DNA from: an uncultured Verrucomicrobiae bacterium | Lineage (GTDB): Bacteria; Verrucomicrobiota; Verrucomicrobiia; Limisphaerales; UBA11358 | Direction: 5' to 3' | Length of the DNA stretch: 64,000 nucleotides | Assembly (NCBI GenBank): GCA_963806905.1 | Contig: CAWEAA010000003.1 | Span: 785 to 64,784 of the forward strand | Shown here: piece after piece, positions 1 to 8,872 of the stretch | Numbering within the stretch: the first letter of the stretch is position 1 | Layout of the letters: the number at the start of each line of letters is the position of its first letter | The notes under the pieces: generated by a model | The model's database searches: none | The model's input: the letters and a program-made list of their open reading frames with translations, nothing else | Told to the model about the DNA's origin: nothing | Position numbers and translations under genes: made by a program

Positions 1-518
1 TGTTTGAGGATTCGACCGGCGGAGTCGCCGCCGCAGCGTTCAAACTCGGTTTCGCGCATCAACAGCTTGGCGTGAAGGCGCTGAATGAAACGCCGCTCGG
101 CACGGTCATTGCCGCGCCGCCGCCGCGGGAACGCGAGTTGTTTTGCCGGAACGGTTTGAAATGGTTCGCCAAAATTACTGCCGGGAAGATTCACGCCACG
201 CTCAAAGAAATTGAAAAGCAGCGCTTGGTTTTATTGCGGGCCAAGCCGAAGCTGGATTCAGGAAAAACTCTGGCGCGGGAGCTGGATTTGGCGGCGCGGA
301 TGGCGGCGCAATCCTGCCGGTTCATGTTGTGGCAACAAGCGCGCGCCGCGCGCAAAACATCAGAGGCAAAACGGTTGGCGCGAAAGGGCATCCTTGAATT
401 GCGCAAGCTGGACAAGGAATTCAACGCTTACTGGCCGTTGCGAAACAAGGCCACGCCGCGGCATTGTTCGGCGTTTTTGAAATGGCGGATCCGGGACTTG
501 TTGGAGTCCAAACTTTAG
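1..518 (+). CDS. hypothetical protein, C-terminal part (gene begins upstream of window)
   Basis: Frame 3 is open from position 3 to the TAG at 516-518. Track ORF 72-518 is only its GTG-started tail. Helical, Arg/Lys-rich; no family recognised. Confidence 0.4.
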   Translation, partial: FEDSTGGVAAAAFKLGFAHQQLGVKALNETPLGTVIAAPPPRERELFCRNGLKWFAKITAGKIHATLKEIEKQRLVLLRAKPKLDSGKTLARELDLAARMAAQSCRFMLWQQARAARKTSEAKRLARKGILELRKLDKEFNAYWPLRNKATPRHCSAFLKWRIRDLLESKL

Positions 519-590
519 CTTTTTCCTCCACGCATGCCTAAGCTTGAGCTCCAATGCACGGAAGTGGCGCGTTTGAAAATGCCCATCGCG

Positions 591-1061
591 TTATTTTGAT
601 TTCGTCGGCGCTGCAGGCGCGCTGCTGGACGTGGCCGGCGTGCTAACCGGTGGGGCAACCGGCGTGCTGGATGGCGGTGTGACTGGCGGCAGGAGCAAAT
701 TATTCGTTGGCATTGCCGCCTGCGAATTCGCCGGTGCAACCGGCGGCGGAACGCTAATGGGTATTTGCGTTTGTTTTTGCTGCACCGCCTTTTCGAATTC
801 AGATCCGCTGTTCTGGTTGTGCAAGCGGTCTTGCACGTAACCTAAAACCAGGGCCAGCACGAAAAGCGCGATGGCGGCGTATCTGGTCGCTTGGGTCAGA
901 AAATTGCCCGTACCCGCGCCAAACAACGCGTCCGCCGCCGCGCCGCCGAACGCCACACCCGCCCCGGCGTCCTTCTTCGGCAGCTGCATCAATATCAGGA
1001 AAATCAGCAGCAGACAGTTGATGACCAGCAAAAACGTCAAAACTCCAGCAATGAAACTCAT
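591..1061 (-). CDS. secG: preprotein translocase subunit SecG with long Pro/Ser/Thr-rich C-terminal tail
   Basis: Two-TM SecG core (MSFIAGVLTFLLVIN...LMQLPKKDAGAG...GTGNFLTQATRYAAIALFVLAL). Lies 8 nt downstream of tpiA, the common tpiA-secG arrangement. Confidence 0.8.
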   Translation of the reverse strand: MSFIAGVLTFLLVINCLLLIFLILMQLPKKDAGAGVAFGGAAADALFGAGTGNFLTQATRYAAIALFVLALVLGYVQDRLHNQNSGSEFEKAVQQKQTQIPISVPPPVAPANSQAAMPTNNLLLPPVTPPSSTPVAPPVSTPATSSSAPAAPTKSK

Positions 1062-1069
1062 ACTCTATT

Positions 1070-1834
1070 TTATATCGAATTCTTGATGATGTCAGCAAAA
1101 CTTCGCACTTCGAGCGCCGCGCCCCCGACCAGCGCCCCGTCCACGTCCGGCTGGCTCATCAACTCGCGCGCGTTCGACGGCTTCACGCTGCCGCCGTATT
1201 GAATGCGGATTTTTTTGGCGGCGGCCTTGTCGAACATCTTTGTCAGCACATTGCGAATGAAGGCGTGAGCACCCTGTGCCTGTTCCGTCGTCGCCGTTTT
1301 GCCCGTGCCGATGGCCCAGACCGGTTCGTAGGCGACGATGGTTTCAATGGCCTGTTCCTTGGTCAAACCGGCGAGACTGCCGCGCACCTGAGTTTCCAGA
1401 ACTTTTTCCATCTGGTTGGCTTCGCGTTCGGCCAGCGTTTCACCAACACAAACGATGGGTTTGAGCGCGGTTGCGTGCGCCGCCGCCGCCTTTTTGGCAA
1501 TGAGCGCATCCGGTTCCTTCTGATACTGCCGCCGTTCGGAATGGCCGAGAATGACGTAACGCACGGAAAATTCCTTGAGCATCCCGGCGCAGATTTCACC
1601 GGTGAACGCGCCAAAATTGTTCTCGCTCATGTTCTGCGCGCCGAGGCGGAGATTGGAATCCAGAACCGCCTTCGACACCGACTCCATGGCCGTGAATGGG
1701 GGACAAACCACGATGTCCACCTCTTTGACGTTGGCCAGTTCCAGTTTCAGTCCGTTGACGAGGGCCAGCGCCTCGGCGACTGTTTTGTTCATCTTCCAAT
1801 TGCCGGCGATAATCAATTTTCGTTCTTTGTTCAT
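1070..1834 (-). CDS. tpiA: triosephosphate isomerase
   Basis: 254 aa full-length TIM with NWKMN, ILGHSERR, AYEPVWAIGTG and GGSVKP motifs. Confidence 0.95.
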   Translation of the reverse strand: MNKERKLIIAGNWKMNKTVAEALALVNGLKLELANVKEVDIVVCPPFTAMESVSKAVLDSNLRLGAQNMSENNFGAFTGEICAGMLKEFSVRYVILGHSERRQYQKEPDALIAKKAAAAHATALKPIVCVGETLAEREANQMEKVLETQVRGSLAGLTKEQAIETIVAYEPVWAIGTGKTATTEQAQGAHAFIRNVLTKMFDKAAAKKIRIQYGGSVKPSNARELMSQPDVDGALVGGAALEVRSFADIIKNSI

Positions 1835-1843
1835 GTTTTAAAT

Positions 1844-1896
1844 CGTTCTCGTTCTCGTCCTCCTGCTCGTCCTCGAACCTCGATTACGAGGAGGAC
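1844..1896. repeat. hexamer-periodic repeat plus small hairpin in the pgk-tpiA spacer
   Basis: cgttct cgttct cgtcct cctgct cgtcct cgaacc, followed by CCTCG-atta-CGAGG. Fills almost the whole 66-nt spacer. Confidence 0.6.
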
Positions 1897-1900
1897 AAAT

Positions 1901-3157
1901 TCATTTCTCACTCAGTGCCGCGACGCCGGGCAGGACCGCGCCTTCCAGGAATTCCAGGCTCGCCCCGCCGCCGGTGCTCATGAACGTTACCTGGCCACCG
2001 AGCCTGGCCTTGTTCAGCGCCTTCACGCTGTCGCCACCACCGATGATGCTCTTGGCGCCGTTCTTCTGCGTCGCATCCGCCACGGCCAGCGCAATGGCGT
2101 TCGTGCCGATGGCAAACTGCTTGTTCTCAAACAATCCCATTGGGCCGTTCCACAAAATCGTCTTCGCTTTCGCAATCTCGACCGAATACGCCGCGACCGT
2201 GGCGATCCCGATATCAAGCCCCGCCGCGTCGTCCGGGCAATTCATGTCCGTGTTCGTACGCGGATTCTGCCATTCGATGACCGGTTTGCCCTTCTTGTCG
2301 AGTTTGTCGGTCTTGACCGGCACGGCGACCACGTCGTCAACGGGCAAAAGGAACTTCACATTTTTTGTCTTGGCCTTTTCGAGCGCGGCCCTGGCAATGC
2401 CGGTCGCGTCCGGTTCCACCAGTGATTTGCCGGTCTTGTAGCCCTGCGCCAGCCGGAACGTGTAAGCCATCGCGCCACCAATCAAAATCGTGTTCGCCTT
2501 TTCCAGCAACCGGTCAATGACTTTGATTTTGTCCGAAACCTTTGCGCCGCCCAGAATCACGACGAACGGACGCGCCGGTTTATCCAATTCATCGCCGAGA
2601 AACTTCAATTCGCGTTCCATCAACAGACCGGCGGCGCACTTGCCGCCGCGTTTGGCGACCAAGCGAGCCACGCCCTCTGTCGAAGCGTGCGCGCGATGCG
2701 CCGCACCAAAAGCATCGTTCACATAAACGTCGGCCACCTTCGCCAGTTTCTCGGCAAACGCCGGGTCATTCTTTTCCTCCTCGTTGTAATATCGGACGTT
2801 TTCGAGCAACACCACGTCGCCGTCCTTCATTCCCGCCACGGCCTGCTCAACTTTTTCGCCGATGCAATCATCCACAAACGTCACCGGTTTGCCGAGCAAT
2901 CCGGACAGTTTGGCCGCAACCGGTTTCAGAGACATGGTGGCGTCGCGTTTGCCTTTGGGCCGGCCGAGGTGAGCGGTTAGAATGAGTTTGCCGCCCTTGT
3001 CCATCAAAAGTTTCAGCGTCGGCAGCGTGGCGACGATGCGCGTGTCGTCGGTAATGACCATCTGCCCGTCCTTTTCCTCGAGCGGCACGTTGTAATCCAC
3101 GCGCAGGAAAACACGCTTGCCGCGAACGTCCAGGTCACGAACTGTCAGTTTAGCCAT
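1901..3157 (-). CDS. pgk: phosphoglycerate kinase
   Basis: 418 aa full-length PGK (RVDYNVP, LTAHLGRPKG, GGGDS, STGGGASLE). Confidence 0.95.
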   Translation of the reverse strand: MAKLTVRDLDVRGKRVFLRVDYNVPLEEKDGQMVITDDTRIVATLPTLKLLMDKGGKLILTAHLGRPKGKRDATMSLKPVAAKLSGLLGKPVTFVDDCIGEKVEQAVAGMKDGDVVLLENVRYYNEEEKNDPAFAEKLAKVADVYVNDAFGAAHRAHASTEGVARLVAKRGGKCAAGLLMERELKFLGDELDKPARPFVVILGGAKVSDKIKVIDRLLEKANTILIGGAMAYTFRLAQGYKTGKSLVEPDATGIARAALEKAKTKNVKFLLPVDDVVAVPVKTDKLDKKGKPVIEWQNPRTNTDMNCPDDAAGLDIGIATVAAYSVEIAKAKTILWNGPMGLFENKQFAIGTNAIALAVADATQKNGAKSIIGGGDSVKALNKARLGGQVTFMSTGGGASLEFLEGAVLPGVAALSEK

Positions 3158-3467
3158 AAAATTGTCCTGATTCCTAAAAATTCAGAGATGGGAGGATAGC
3201 TTGGTGAGGCAGCGAGTAAAGTGAATTCAACGGATGCGATTTGTTGGCGCAATCCTCGGCCTTCAACCGGCATTAACGGCGGATTACGGATATGACACGA
3301 ATTTAGCCCCACACCCGAAACCCCAGCGCGCTCCGCGCTTTTCCATTGCAATTCCTGTTTTCCGTCCTACGGTGCCGTCAATCCGTATGGCGACGGGAAA
3401 AAATCAGAAGCAGGCTTCTTGCGGCCCGCGCGTCGGCTTCGTAGCCGATCTCGTAGAATGAGCGATT

Positions 3468-4289
3468 ATGTCCCTTGAAACCACACTCACCGACATCATC
3501 GCGCGCCTGCGCCAAGGCCGGTTTCCCAACGAACAGGCCATCTCTCAAGGCATCGTCTTGCGCGTGCTGCAGGAGTTGGGCTGGGACATCTACGACACGA
3601 CCTCCGTTTGGCCCGAATTCCAGACCGGTGAAGGCCGCGCTGACTTCGCCCTGTGCCATCCACCCTCCAAGCCCGCTGATTTCATCGAAGTCAAACCGCC
3701 CGGCAAGGCCGAGGACGGCGTTCGCCAAGCCCTCGAATACGCCTTCCATACCGGCGTGCCGTTCATCGTCCTCACCGACGGCAAGACATGGAGTTTCTAT
3801 CTGCCGGCGGAACAAGGCAGCTACGAGGACCGGCGCGTGTACAAGCTCGATCTTTTTGAACGCCCGCCCATCGAGGCCGCCGAAACGCTGCGCCGCTATC
3901 TGGCACGTGAACGGATTGAGTCCGGCGAAGCACTCGAAGCCGCCCGCAAAGAATACCGCAGCCGTAACCGCCGCACCCAAGCCTGTGCCGCAAGGCCCCC
4001 GTTTACATCCTACCTTGGAGGGTGGCTAGGAAAACGAAGGAGTGAAGTTTACACAGGCTGGCTCACGCCTCTGGAGATAAAATTAGACGCGAAGATCGTT
4101 GGCAACAGAGCAAAGCCCGTGCTGGACTTCAACTTTAGGTGGTTCAATACATTTAAGGCGGCTTCACAGCATCCCCCACGTCGCCACGAGGACATCACCG
4201 GCCGTTTATACCGCACTTGGGAACACGCAGAACTTTATCACTTGAATAGTCTAGCGTCTCTTCGGAAATCGCTGAAAGAAGGAGGATAA
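3468..4289 (+). CDS. HsdR_N-like PD-(D/E)XK nuclease-domain protein with unrecognisable C-terminal tail
   Basis: The N-terminal ~150 aa has the type I HsdR N-terminal nuclease layout (EGRADFAL...FIEVKPPGK...FIVLTDG). From about 4000 the DNA turns AT-richer and the protein becomes Trp/Arg-rich and unrecognisable. The stop overlaps the AGGAGG of the next gene. Confidence 0.55.
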   Translation: MSLETTLTDIIARLRQGRFPNEQAISQGIVLRVLQELGWDIYDTTSVWPEFQTGEGRADFALCHPPSKPADFIEVKPPGKAEDGVRQALEYAFHTGVPFIVLTDGKTWSFYLPAEQGSYEDRRVYKLDLFERPPIEAAETLRRYLARERIESGEALEAARKEYRSRNRRTQACAARPPFTSYLGGWLGKRRSEVYTGWLTPLEIKLDAKIVGNRAKPVLDFNFRWFNTFKAASQHPPRRHEDITGRLYRTWEHAELYHLNSLASLRKSLKEGG

Positions 4290-4293
4290 AATT

Positions 4294-5385
4294 ATGAATC
4301 ACAAATCTCGCGCACATAGCATCTCGTGGTTTCAAGATCAGTACAAAGACGGTCGTCTTGAACTTCGCCCGCCATTCCAGAGGAAACCTGTCTGGTCTGA
4401 CAAGCAACGCTGCGCACTGATCGAATCTATTCTGTTGGACATCCCAATTCCCGAGGTTTACGTGCAAGTTACGCAAGCTGATGACGGGACCGAGGAGTAT
4501 GGAGTTGTTGACGGCCAACAACGATTGCGCACCATACTGCAGTTTATCGGCATTGAGCGAAATGAGGAAGGGGGGGCAGAGGATAACAATAACAGCTTTA
4601 AACTCGAATGCCTCCCGCCGAACTCCCCTTATAAGGAAAAAGTTTTCACCGATATCACTGGCGACGCGCGAAGGAAGTTCTACCAATTCGAGATTTGTGT
4701 GCGTTATCTCTATACCGAAAACTCGCGGGAGGTCGAAGAGGTTTTCAAGCGACTCAACAAATATTTATTGCCGCTCAAGCCGCAAGAGCTTCGTAATGCA
4801 ACATACCATGGCCCATTCCCCAAGTTGGCAGAGCAACTTGCCGACGACGATTATTGGGCCGTCAATCGCATTATTAGCCCAGCATCGATTCGCCGCATGG
4901 GTGATATTGAGATGATGAGCGACCTTCTCATCGGCCTTTTACACGGGCCACAAGGTGGGTCATCCAAGGTCATTGACCAGTACTACGAGCAGTATGAGCA
5001 ATTTGAAGATGAGTTCCCGGAACAAAACCGTATCAAACGGTTGTTCATCAGGACCCTCGACGTTATCAAGCGCCTGTTCCCTGAGATTGCTGAAGTCCCG
5101 CGCTGGGGAAACCGCGCCGACTATTACAGCTTATTCGTCGCTATTGGCAATCTGCTTCAAGATCACAGCCTGTCGCGCAGTTCAGAGGTAAAAATTCGCA
5201 GTAGGCTGATTGAGATTGCGCAGGATATTAACGAACAGCTTGAAGACCCTTCGGCGGACACGAGTGAGCCGTCAAAAAGGTATGCTAGGGCGATTGAGAA
5301 AGCCTCAAATGACAAGGCACGCCGCGCAGACCGGCACGAAACCCTCTGCGGCATCATCAAGCCGTTTCTAAAAAAGAAAAAGTGA
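4294..5385 (+). CDS. DUF262 (ParB-like/GmrS-like) domain protein
   Basis: Signature FQRKPVWSDKQRCALIESIL...IPEVYV...VVDGQQRLRTI. AGGAGG lies 8 nt upstream of the ATG. Starts 4 nt after the preceding stop. Confidence 0.8.
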   Translation: MNHKSRAHSISWFQDQYKDGRLELRPPFQRKPVWSDKQRCALIESILLDIPIPEVYVQVTQADDGTEEYGVVDGQQRLRTILQFIGIERNEEGGAEDNNNSFKLECLPPNSPYKEKVFTDITGDARRKFYQFEICVRYLYTENSREVEEVFKRLNKYLLPLKPQELRNATYHGPFPKLAEQLADDDYWAVNRIISPASIRRMGDIEMMSDLLIGLLHGPQGGSSKVIDQYYEQYEQFEDEFPEQNRIKRLFIRTLDVIKRLFPEIAEVPRWGNRADYYSLFVAIGNLLQDHSLSRSSEVKIRSRLIEIAQDINEQLEDPSADTSEPSKRYARAIEKASNDKARRADRHETLCGIIKPFLKKKK

Positions 5386-5508
5386 CGGAGGGGATTGGAA
5401 CTCGCAATACACCATTTTAACTTCATAGCGTTCGAATGGCTAAAGGCTTTGGCACGCCGATTCGTTCCAAATGGTAGTCACTGAGTTGGTGTAACAGGAG
5501 ACAATCAA

Positions 5509-6486
5509 TCAGCGTCTGCGGACACGGTAATGTCCGCGCGGTTCAGCCAGGGCCATCGTGAGCTGGCTTTCCTCGACAGCCTCTTGCGGATAATCACTCA
5601 AATCGAATTCAAGCGCATCGCCTTCAAAGCCTGGGTAGAGCGCAGCGAGTTTCGGAATGGCAGTCCCGGCGAGGCGGAAATAATCTTTGTCAATTTCGAT
5701 CCCGACTGACCGGTAGCCTACCGCTTCAGCGGCGGCGATGGCTGAACCGGAGCCCATGAACGGGTCGAGCACCACCCCTTCGCCCAGGGGCAGCAGGGCG
5801 CGCACGATGATACGCATGAAATGCTGTGGTTTCAGGCACGGATGATCGGAAATAGCTTCCTCACGCTTGGGAGTTCGACCGCTGGGAACGACTTCGGGAA
5901 ATGGTTTGTCGGCGGAGAGGCGCCGCAAGCCGCCGGTTTTCCATTTTCGGAGGTTCTCAGCCACGGTCTTTTCGCCGAGCGGCTTCCGGAACAGCATCCA
6001 CGGTTCGTAAGCGCCTTTGGGTGTCACGCAAACTTCCGGGAATTCCTTCTCGGCATTTTTGGGACGGTCGCCGCCGCGAAAACCAAAATATAACCGCATG
6101 ACCGCCGGGCGAACCTCGTAACCGGCTTCGGCCATTGCTCCCTGCACGTGATGCTGAAGGATTGGGTGGCCAGCCACGCAAACATGCGCGCCCGGAAGAA
6201 GCGCCTCAAATAAAATCTTTGCCCAATCGCGAAAGAATGCCCGTAGTTTCTGTCTCTCCTCGTCGGTCAGCACGGTGAACCGAGGCAAGGGATCGCGCCT
6301 GTGTCCGCCGATGGCAGGAGGCAGCCGCCAGACGCCGCCGCGCCCGTTGCGCAGCTTGGACAATTCCTTCTCCGAGAATTCAATCAGCCCATAAGGCGGG
6401 TCAGTGCAGACTGCGTGAATGGTCTGCGGCGGGCAGCCGCGCAGCCAATCAAAGCAATCCGCGAGGTGAATCTCGTATTTCTTCAT
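5509..6486 (-). CDS. site-specific DNA methyltransferase (N6-adenine or N4-cytosine, beta-class motif order)
   Basis: Motif IV DPPY (CTDPPYGLI) lies N-terminal and motif I FxGxG (LDPFMGSGSAIAAAE) lies C-terminal. The track ORF starts at TTG 6495; the first ATG is at 6486. Confidence 0.85.
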   Translation of the reverse strand: MKKYEIHLADCFDWLRGCPPQTIHAVCTDPPYGLIEFSEKELSKLRNGRGGVWRLPPAIGGHRRDPLPRFTVLTDEERQKLRAFFRDWAKILFEALLPGAHVCVAGHPILQHHVQGAMAEAGYEVRPAVMRLYFGFRGGDRPKNAEKEFPEVCVTPKGAYEPWMLFRKPLGEKTVAENLRKWKTGGLRRLSADKPFPEVVPSGRTPKREEAISDHPCLKPQHFMRIIVRALLPLGEGVVLDPFMGSGSAIAAAEAVGYRSVGIEIDKDYFRLAGTAIPKLAALYPGFEGDALEFDLSDYPQEAVEESQLTMALAEPRGHYRVRRR

Positions 6487-6498
6487 CGCGCGCAATTT

Positions 6499-6546
6499 TC
6501 AACTATAGTCGAAAGACAATCAAGCTCATTCCTGTTATCAACTATA
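6499..6546. promoter_or_regulatory. two TCAACTATA boxes in the divergent methyltransferase/endonuclease spacer (candidate operators or -10 elements)
   Basis: TCAACTATA occurs at 6499-6507 and 6538-6546. Box 1 contains the palindrome ACTATAGT. Each box lies within about 13 nt of one of the two divergent start codons. Confidence 0.3.
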
Positions 6547-6552
6547 AACGAA

Positions 6553-7449
6553 ATGGATGCCAGGACCGTCATCGGCAATTTCGTCCGCCGTCTGCGCGAG
6601 CAAAAGAAATTAACGCAGGACGAACTGGCTTCGCGCACCGGCATCACTTACCAGTATTTATCCGGTTTGGAGAACGGACGCGAGAATTTTTCCATCGGCA
6701 TCCTCGAATCGCTTGCCAAGGCGTTAAATTGTCCGCTCCCACGACTCGTGGCAGGTGCGTTTGCCGGTCCGACAGCCATTTCGACAGGTGAAACAAATCC
6801 CGATTTTTTCCGTTCAAAAGTTCCGTTGCCGCCCGGTCTCAAAATCGCTCATCTGCAACGCGCCATGAACGACACGCAGCGGATTGTCTCGCTGATTAAC
6901 GCGAACCTCCTGGCCAGCAGCGCGAAACCGTTGCCGGAATATATCCAAGGCAACAACTTCAGCGGGTTGGTTTCCAACATTCTCTGCGATGCGATTCACG
7001 AGAACTCGCCGTACAAACATAACTCCGACCAGGCGTACCCAGACTTGATCAATCCCAAGGTTTTCGTGAAAGGCAAGCCGATTGGCTTGGAGGTCAAGTC
7101 AACCATCCAAGTCGGTAAGGGCGGAGAAAGCCACAACGGACATTCTGGTTGGCATCTCGTGGCGTGTTTTGCGATTGATCAAAAGACGGGCAACATTGGT
7201 TTCGTGCATGTCATGCTGGCCGTGCTCAATGGTCACAACCAGCCTGAGCCCGATTGGGTTTACGTGGGCAGCAAAGTGAACGTTGACACCGGCAGTCGCC
7301 GAACTGAGACATACAACACAACTTTGATCGGCACGACGAAACTTCGGGACGGTTCGGTTTACCTTGATCCCGTCGCAATCAATTTCAAACGCTGGCGACA
7401 GAGTCGTCGCGGCCCAATGCCACCATTCTCGATATTTGCCCTAACATGA
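6553..7449 (+). CDS. XRE-family HTH fused to a PD-(D/E)XK restriction-endonuclease-like domain
   Basis: The 5' part of track ORF 6301-7449 is antisense to the methyltransferase; the first ATG is at 6553. N-terminus is an XRE HTH (LREQKKLTQDELASRTGITYQYLSGLENG). C-terminus has a YPDL-x14-GLEVKS core. Confidence 0.6.
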   Translation: MDARTVIGNFVRRLREQKKLTQDELASRTGITYQYLSGLENGRENFSIGILESLAKALNCPLPRLVAGAFAGPTAISTGETNPDFFRSKVPLPPGLKIAHLQRAMNDTQRIVSLINANLLASSAKPLPEYIQGNNFSGLVSNILCDAIHENSPYKHNSDQAYPDLINPKVFVKGKPIGLEVKSTIQVGKGGESHNGHSGWHLVACFAIDQKTGNIGFVHVMLAVLNGHNQPEPDWVYVGSKVNVDTGSRRTETYNTTLIGTTKLRDGSVYLDPVAINFKRWRQSRRGPMPPFSIFALT

Positions 7450-7516
7450 TGGGTGAGACGTGCGGTAACGGAGAAGGCACGGTCGCCCAGCGGAAACCAC
7501 CGGCGTGCCAGCGCCA

Positions 7517-7978
7517 TCACAACGCGGCTGACAGTACTTTGAGACCGGCTTGTGAAACTTTCACGTCATCCTCGGATGGGCCTCCGCTGAAAGCGGCGAC
7601 TAATAGTCCGGTTTTCCCCCGGGTCACTACGCCGCCTTTCCATCCGTTCTCGCCGGTCATGGGGGGTCGCACCCGGCTGCCACTGTCCTTTTCAGTGGAC
7701 GCCATTTCCGCAGCCTTGGCATAGGCGATGGCGAGAAAGTTGCTCCCATTCGGACTCTTTTGGGATGGCCCGGCGGTCAAATTTCCCACCATCACCATTT
7801 TCGACGTCCAGGATTTGACGGTGTTGCCTTCGCTGTAGGCCACCACGGCAACGCCTTTTATATTGAGTTCTTCCGCGCGTTTCTTCATGGCCAGCAACGC
7901 AGTGTCCGCCAGCGCATCGAAATCCTTGACAGTTTTGTCACTCATATCAGGCCGGCATCCGGTCGAATTTTCAGTCAT
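7517..7978 (-). CDS. GlcG/HbpS-like (DUF336) haem-binding family protein
   Basis: GVAVVAYSEG...LLVAAFSGGPSEDD pattern. ATGA start/stop overlap with the upstream YceI-like gene. An alternative start is M12 at 7945. Confidence 0.7.
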   Translation of the reverse strand: MTENSTGCRPDMSDKTVKDFDALADTALLAMKKRAEELNIKGVAVVAYSEGNTVKSWTSKMVMVGNLTAGPSQKSPNGSNFLAIAYAKAAEMASTEKDSGSRVRPPMTGENGWKGGVVTRGKTGLLVAAFSGGPSEDDVKVSQAGLKVLSAAL

Positions 7979-8607
7979 TTCGGCGAGGCGCCGGCAATGC
8001 TGAGGGTGATTTCGATGGTGTCGGAAACCTTGTCTTCAAATTGGCCGGGGTTGATGTTGAAATCGCTGCGCTTGATGGTGAAGTTGGAACGGATGACCAG
8101 CAGATCGCCCTTCTGATTCGGCACGCGCTCGCCCAGTTTGTCCTTCAGATAGGTCAATTTCACGGGCACGGTAAGTTCCTTCGACACCCCCTTGAGCGCG
8201 AACGTGCCGGTCACGTCCGCCGTCGTGGTGTCGCCGGTGGTCTGTACATTTTTGAATTCCTTCGATTCAAAAACGATGGTGGGGTGCGTTGCCGCATCGA
8301 GCCATTTGTCGCTCAGCATGTGCTTGTTTTGCATCGGATTGGGGACGATGAGCGACGCGGTGGCCACGGTGATTTTACCTTTGGTTGCGCCGGGGTTCTC
8401 CGGGTCGAATGTGACCGTGCCATAAACGCCGCTGGCGCTGCCGTTGATGGACTCCAGCGGCGCGTCGAGTTTGAACCCGGCGTTGTTGATGCCCTTGGGG
8501 TCCTTGAAGTCGAACGTCAGCGGCGCGGCCAGCGCCACGCCCGACATGGTAATGAGTGCCAGAATGGTGAGTTTCGCTTTCATGGTTTGGTTCGGTTTGT
8601 GGATCAC
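7975..8607 (-). CDS. YceI family periplasmic protein
   Basis: Signal peptide plus YceI domain (HPTIVFESKEF, GTFALKGVSKELTVPVKL, SDFNINPG). Confidence 0.85.
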   Translation of the reverse strand: MIHKPNQTMKAKLTILALITMSGVALAAPLTFDFKDPKGINNAGFKLDAPLESINGSASGVYGTVTFDPENPGATKGKITVATASLIVPNPMQNKHMLSDKWLDAATHPTIVFESKEFKNVQTTGDTTTADVTGTFALKGVSKELTVPVKLTYLKDKLGERVPNQKGDLLVIRSNFTIKRSDFNINPGQFEDKVSDTIEITLSIAGASPK

Positions 8608-8855
8608 TTTGATTTTGCCGGAACAAAAATGGAAATGCCAGCCAGAATTCCCGCGCCCAGCAAGGCGGCGCCCAGAAAATCAACGCCAGGCACGAATTTA
8701 TCCTGCCATTGAACTCCTTCCAGGCCCGTGACTTCATCCACGACTTTCTTCGGGACGCGCGTTTTCGTCCAACCGCGATTCGCTCCGGCTGCCACCCAGA
8801 AAGCGATTGCGCCAACGATAAGAACCAAGGCGATGATGCGAAGGGTCCGTTTCAT
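8604..8855 (-). CDS. small membrane protein
   Basis: 83 aa with two hydrophobic helices. Its stop overlaps the YceI-like start (8604-8607), suggesting co-translation. Confidence 0.5.
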   Translation of the reverse strand: MKRTLRIIALVLIVGAIAFWVAAGANRGWTKTRVPKKVVDEVTGLEGVQWQDKFVPGVDFLGAALLGAGILAGISIFVPAKSK

Positions 8856-8872
8856 CGGTTCGTCCCAGTAGC

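Noticed and set aside
1199-2425. 408-aa ORF on the plus strand, with similar long ORFs at 8041-8712, 9583-10338, 18346-19356, 22157-23584, 24336-25163, 38211-38954, 39029-39802, 40709-41653, 43823-44719, 59270-60496, 61279-62133 and 63382-63966
   Set aside because: All lie antisense to genes with clear family signatures. They have Arg/Gly/His-rich compositions typical of stop-poor antisense frames in GC-rich DNA.
6301-6552. 5' extensions of track ORFs (6301, 10239, 14365, 21947, 33833, 38981, 44863, 51584, 56480, 62729)
   Set aside because: The extensions overlap neighbouring genes or translate repeats. Conserved N-termini begin at internal ATGs, which were used in the feature table.
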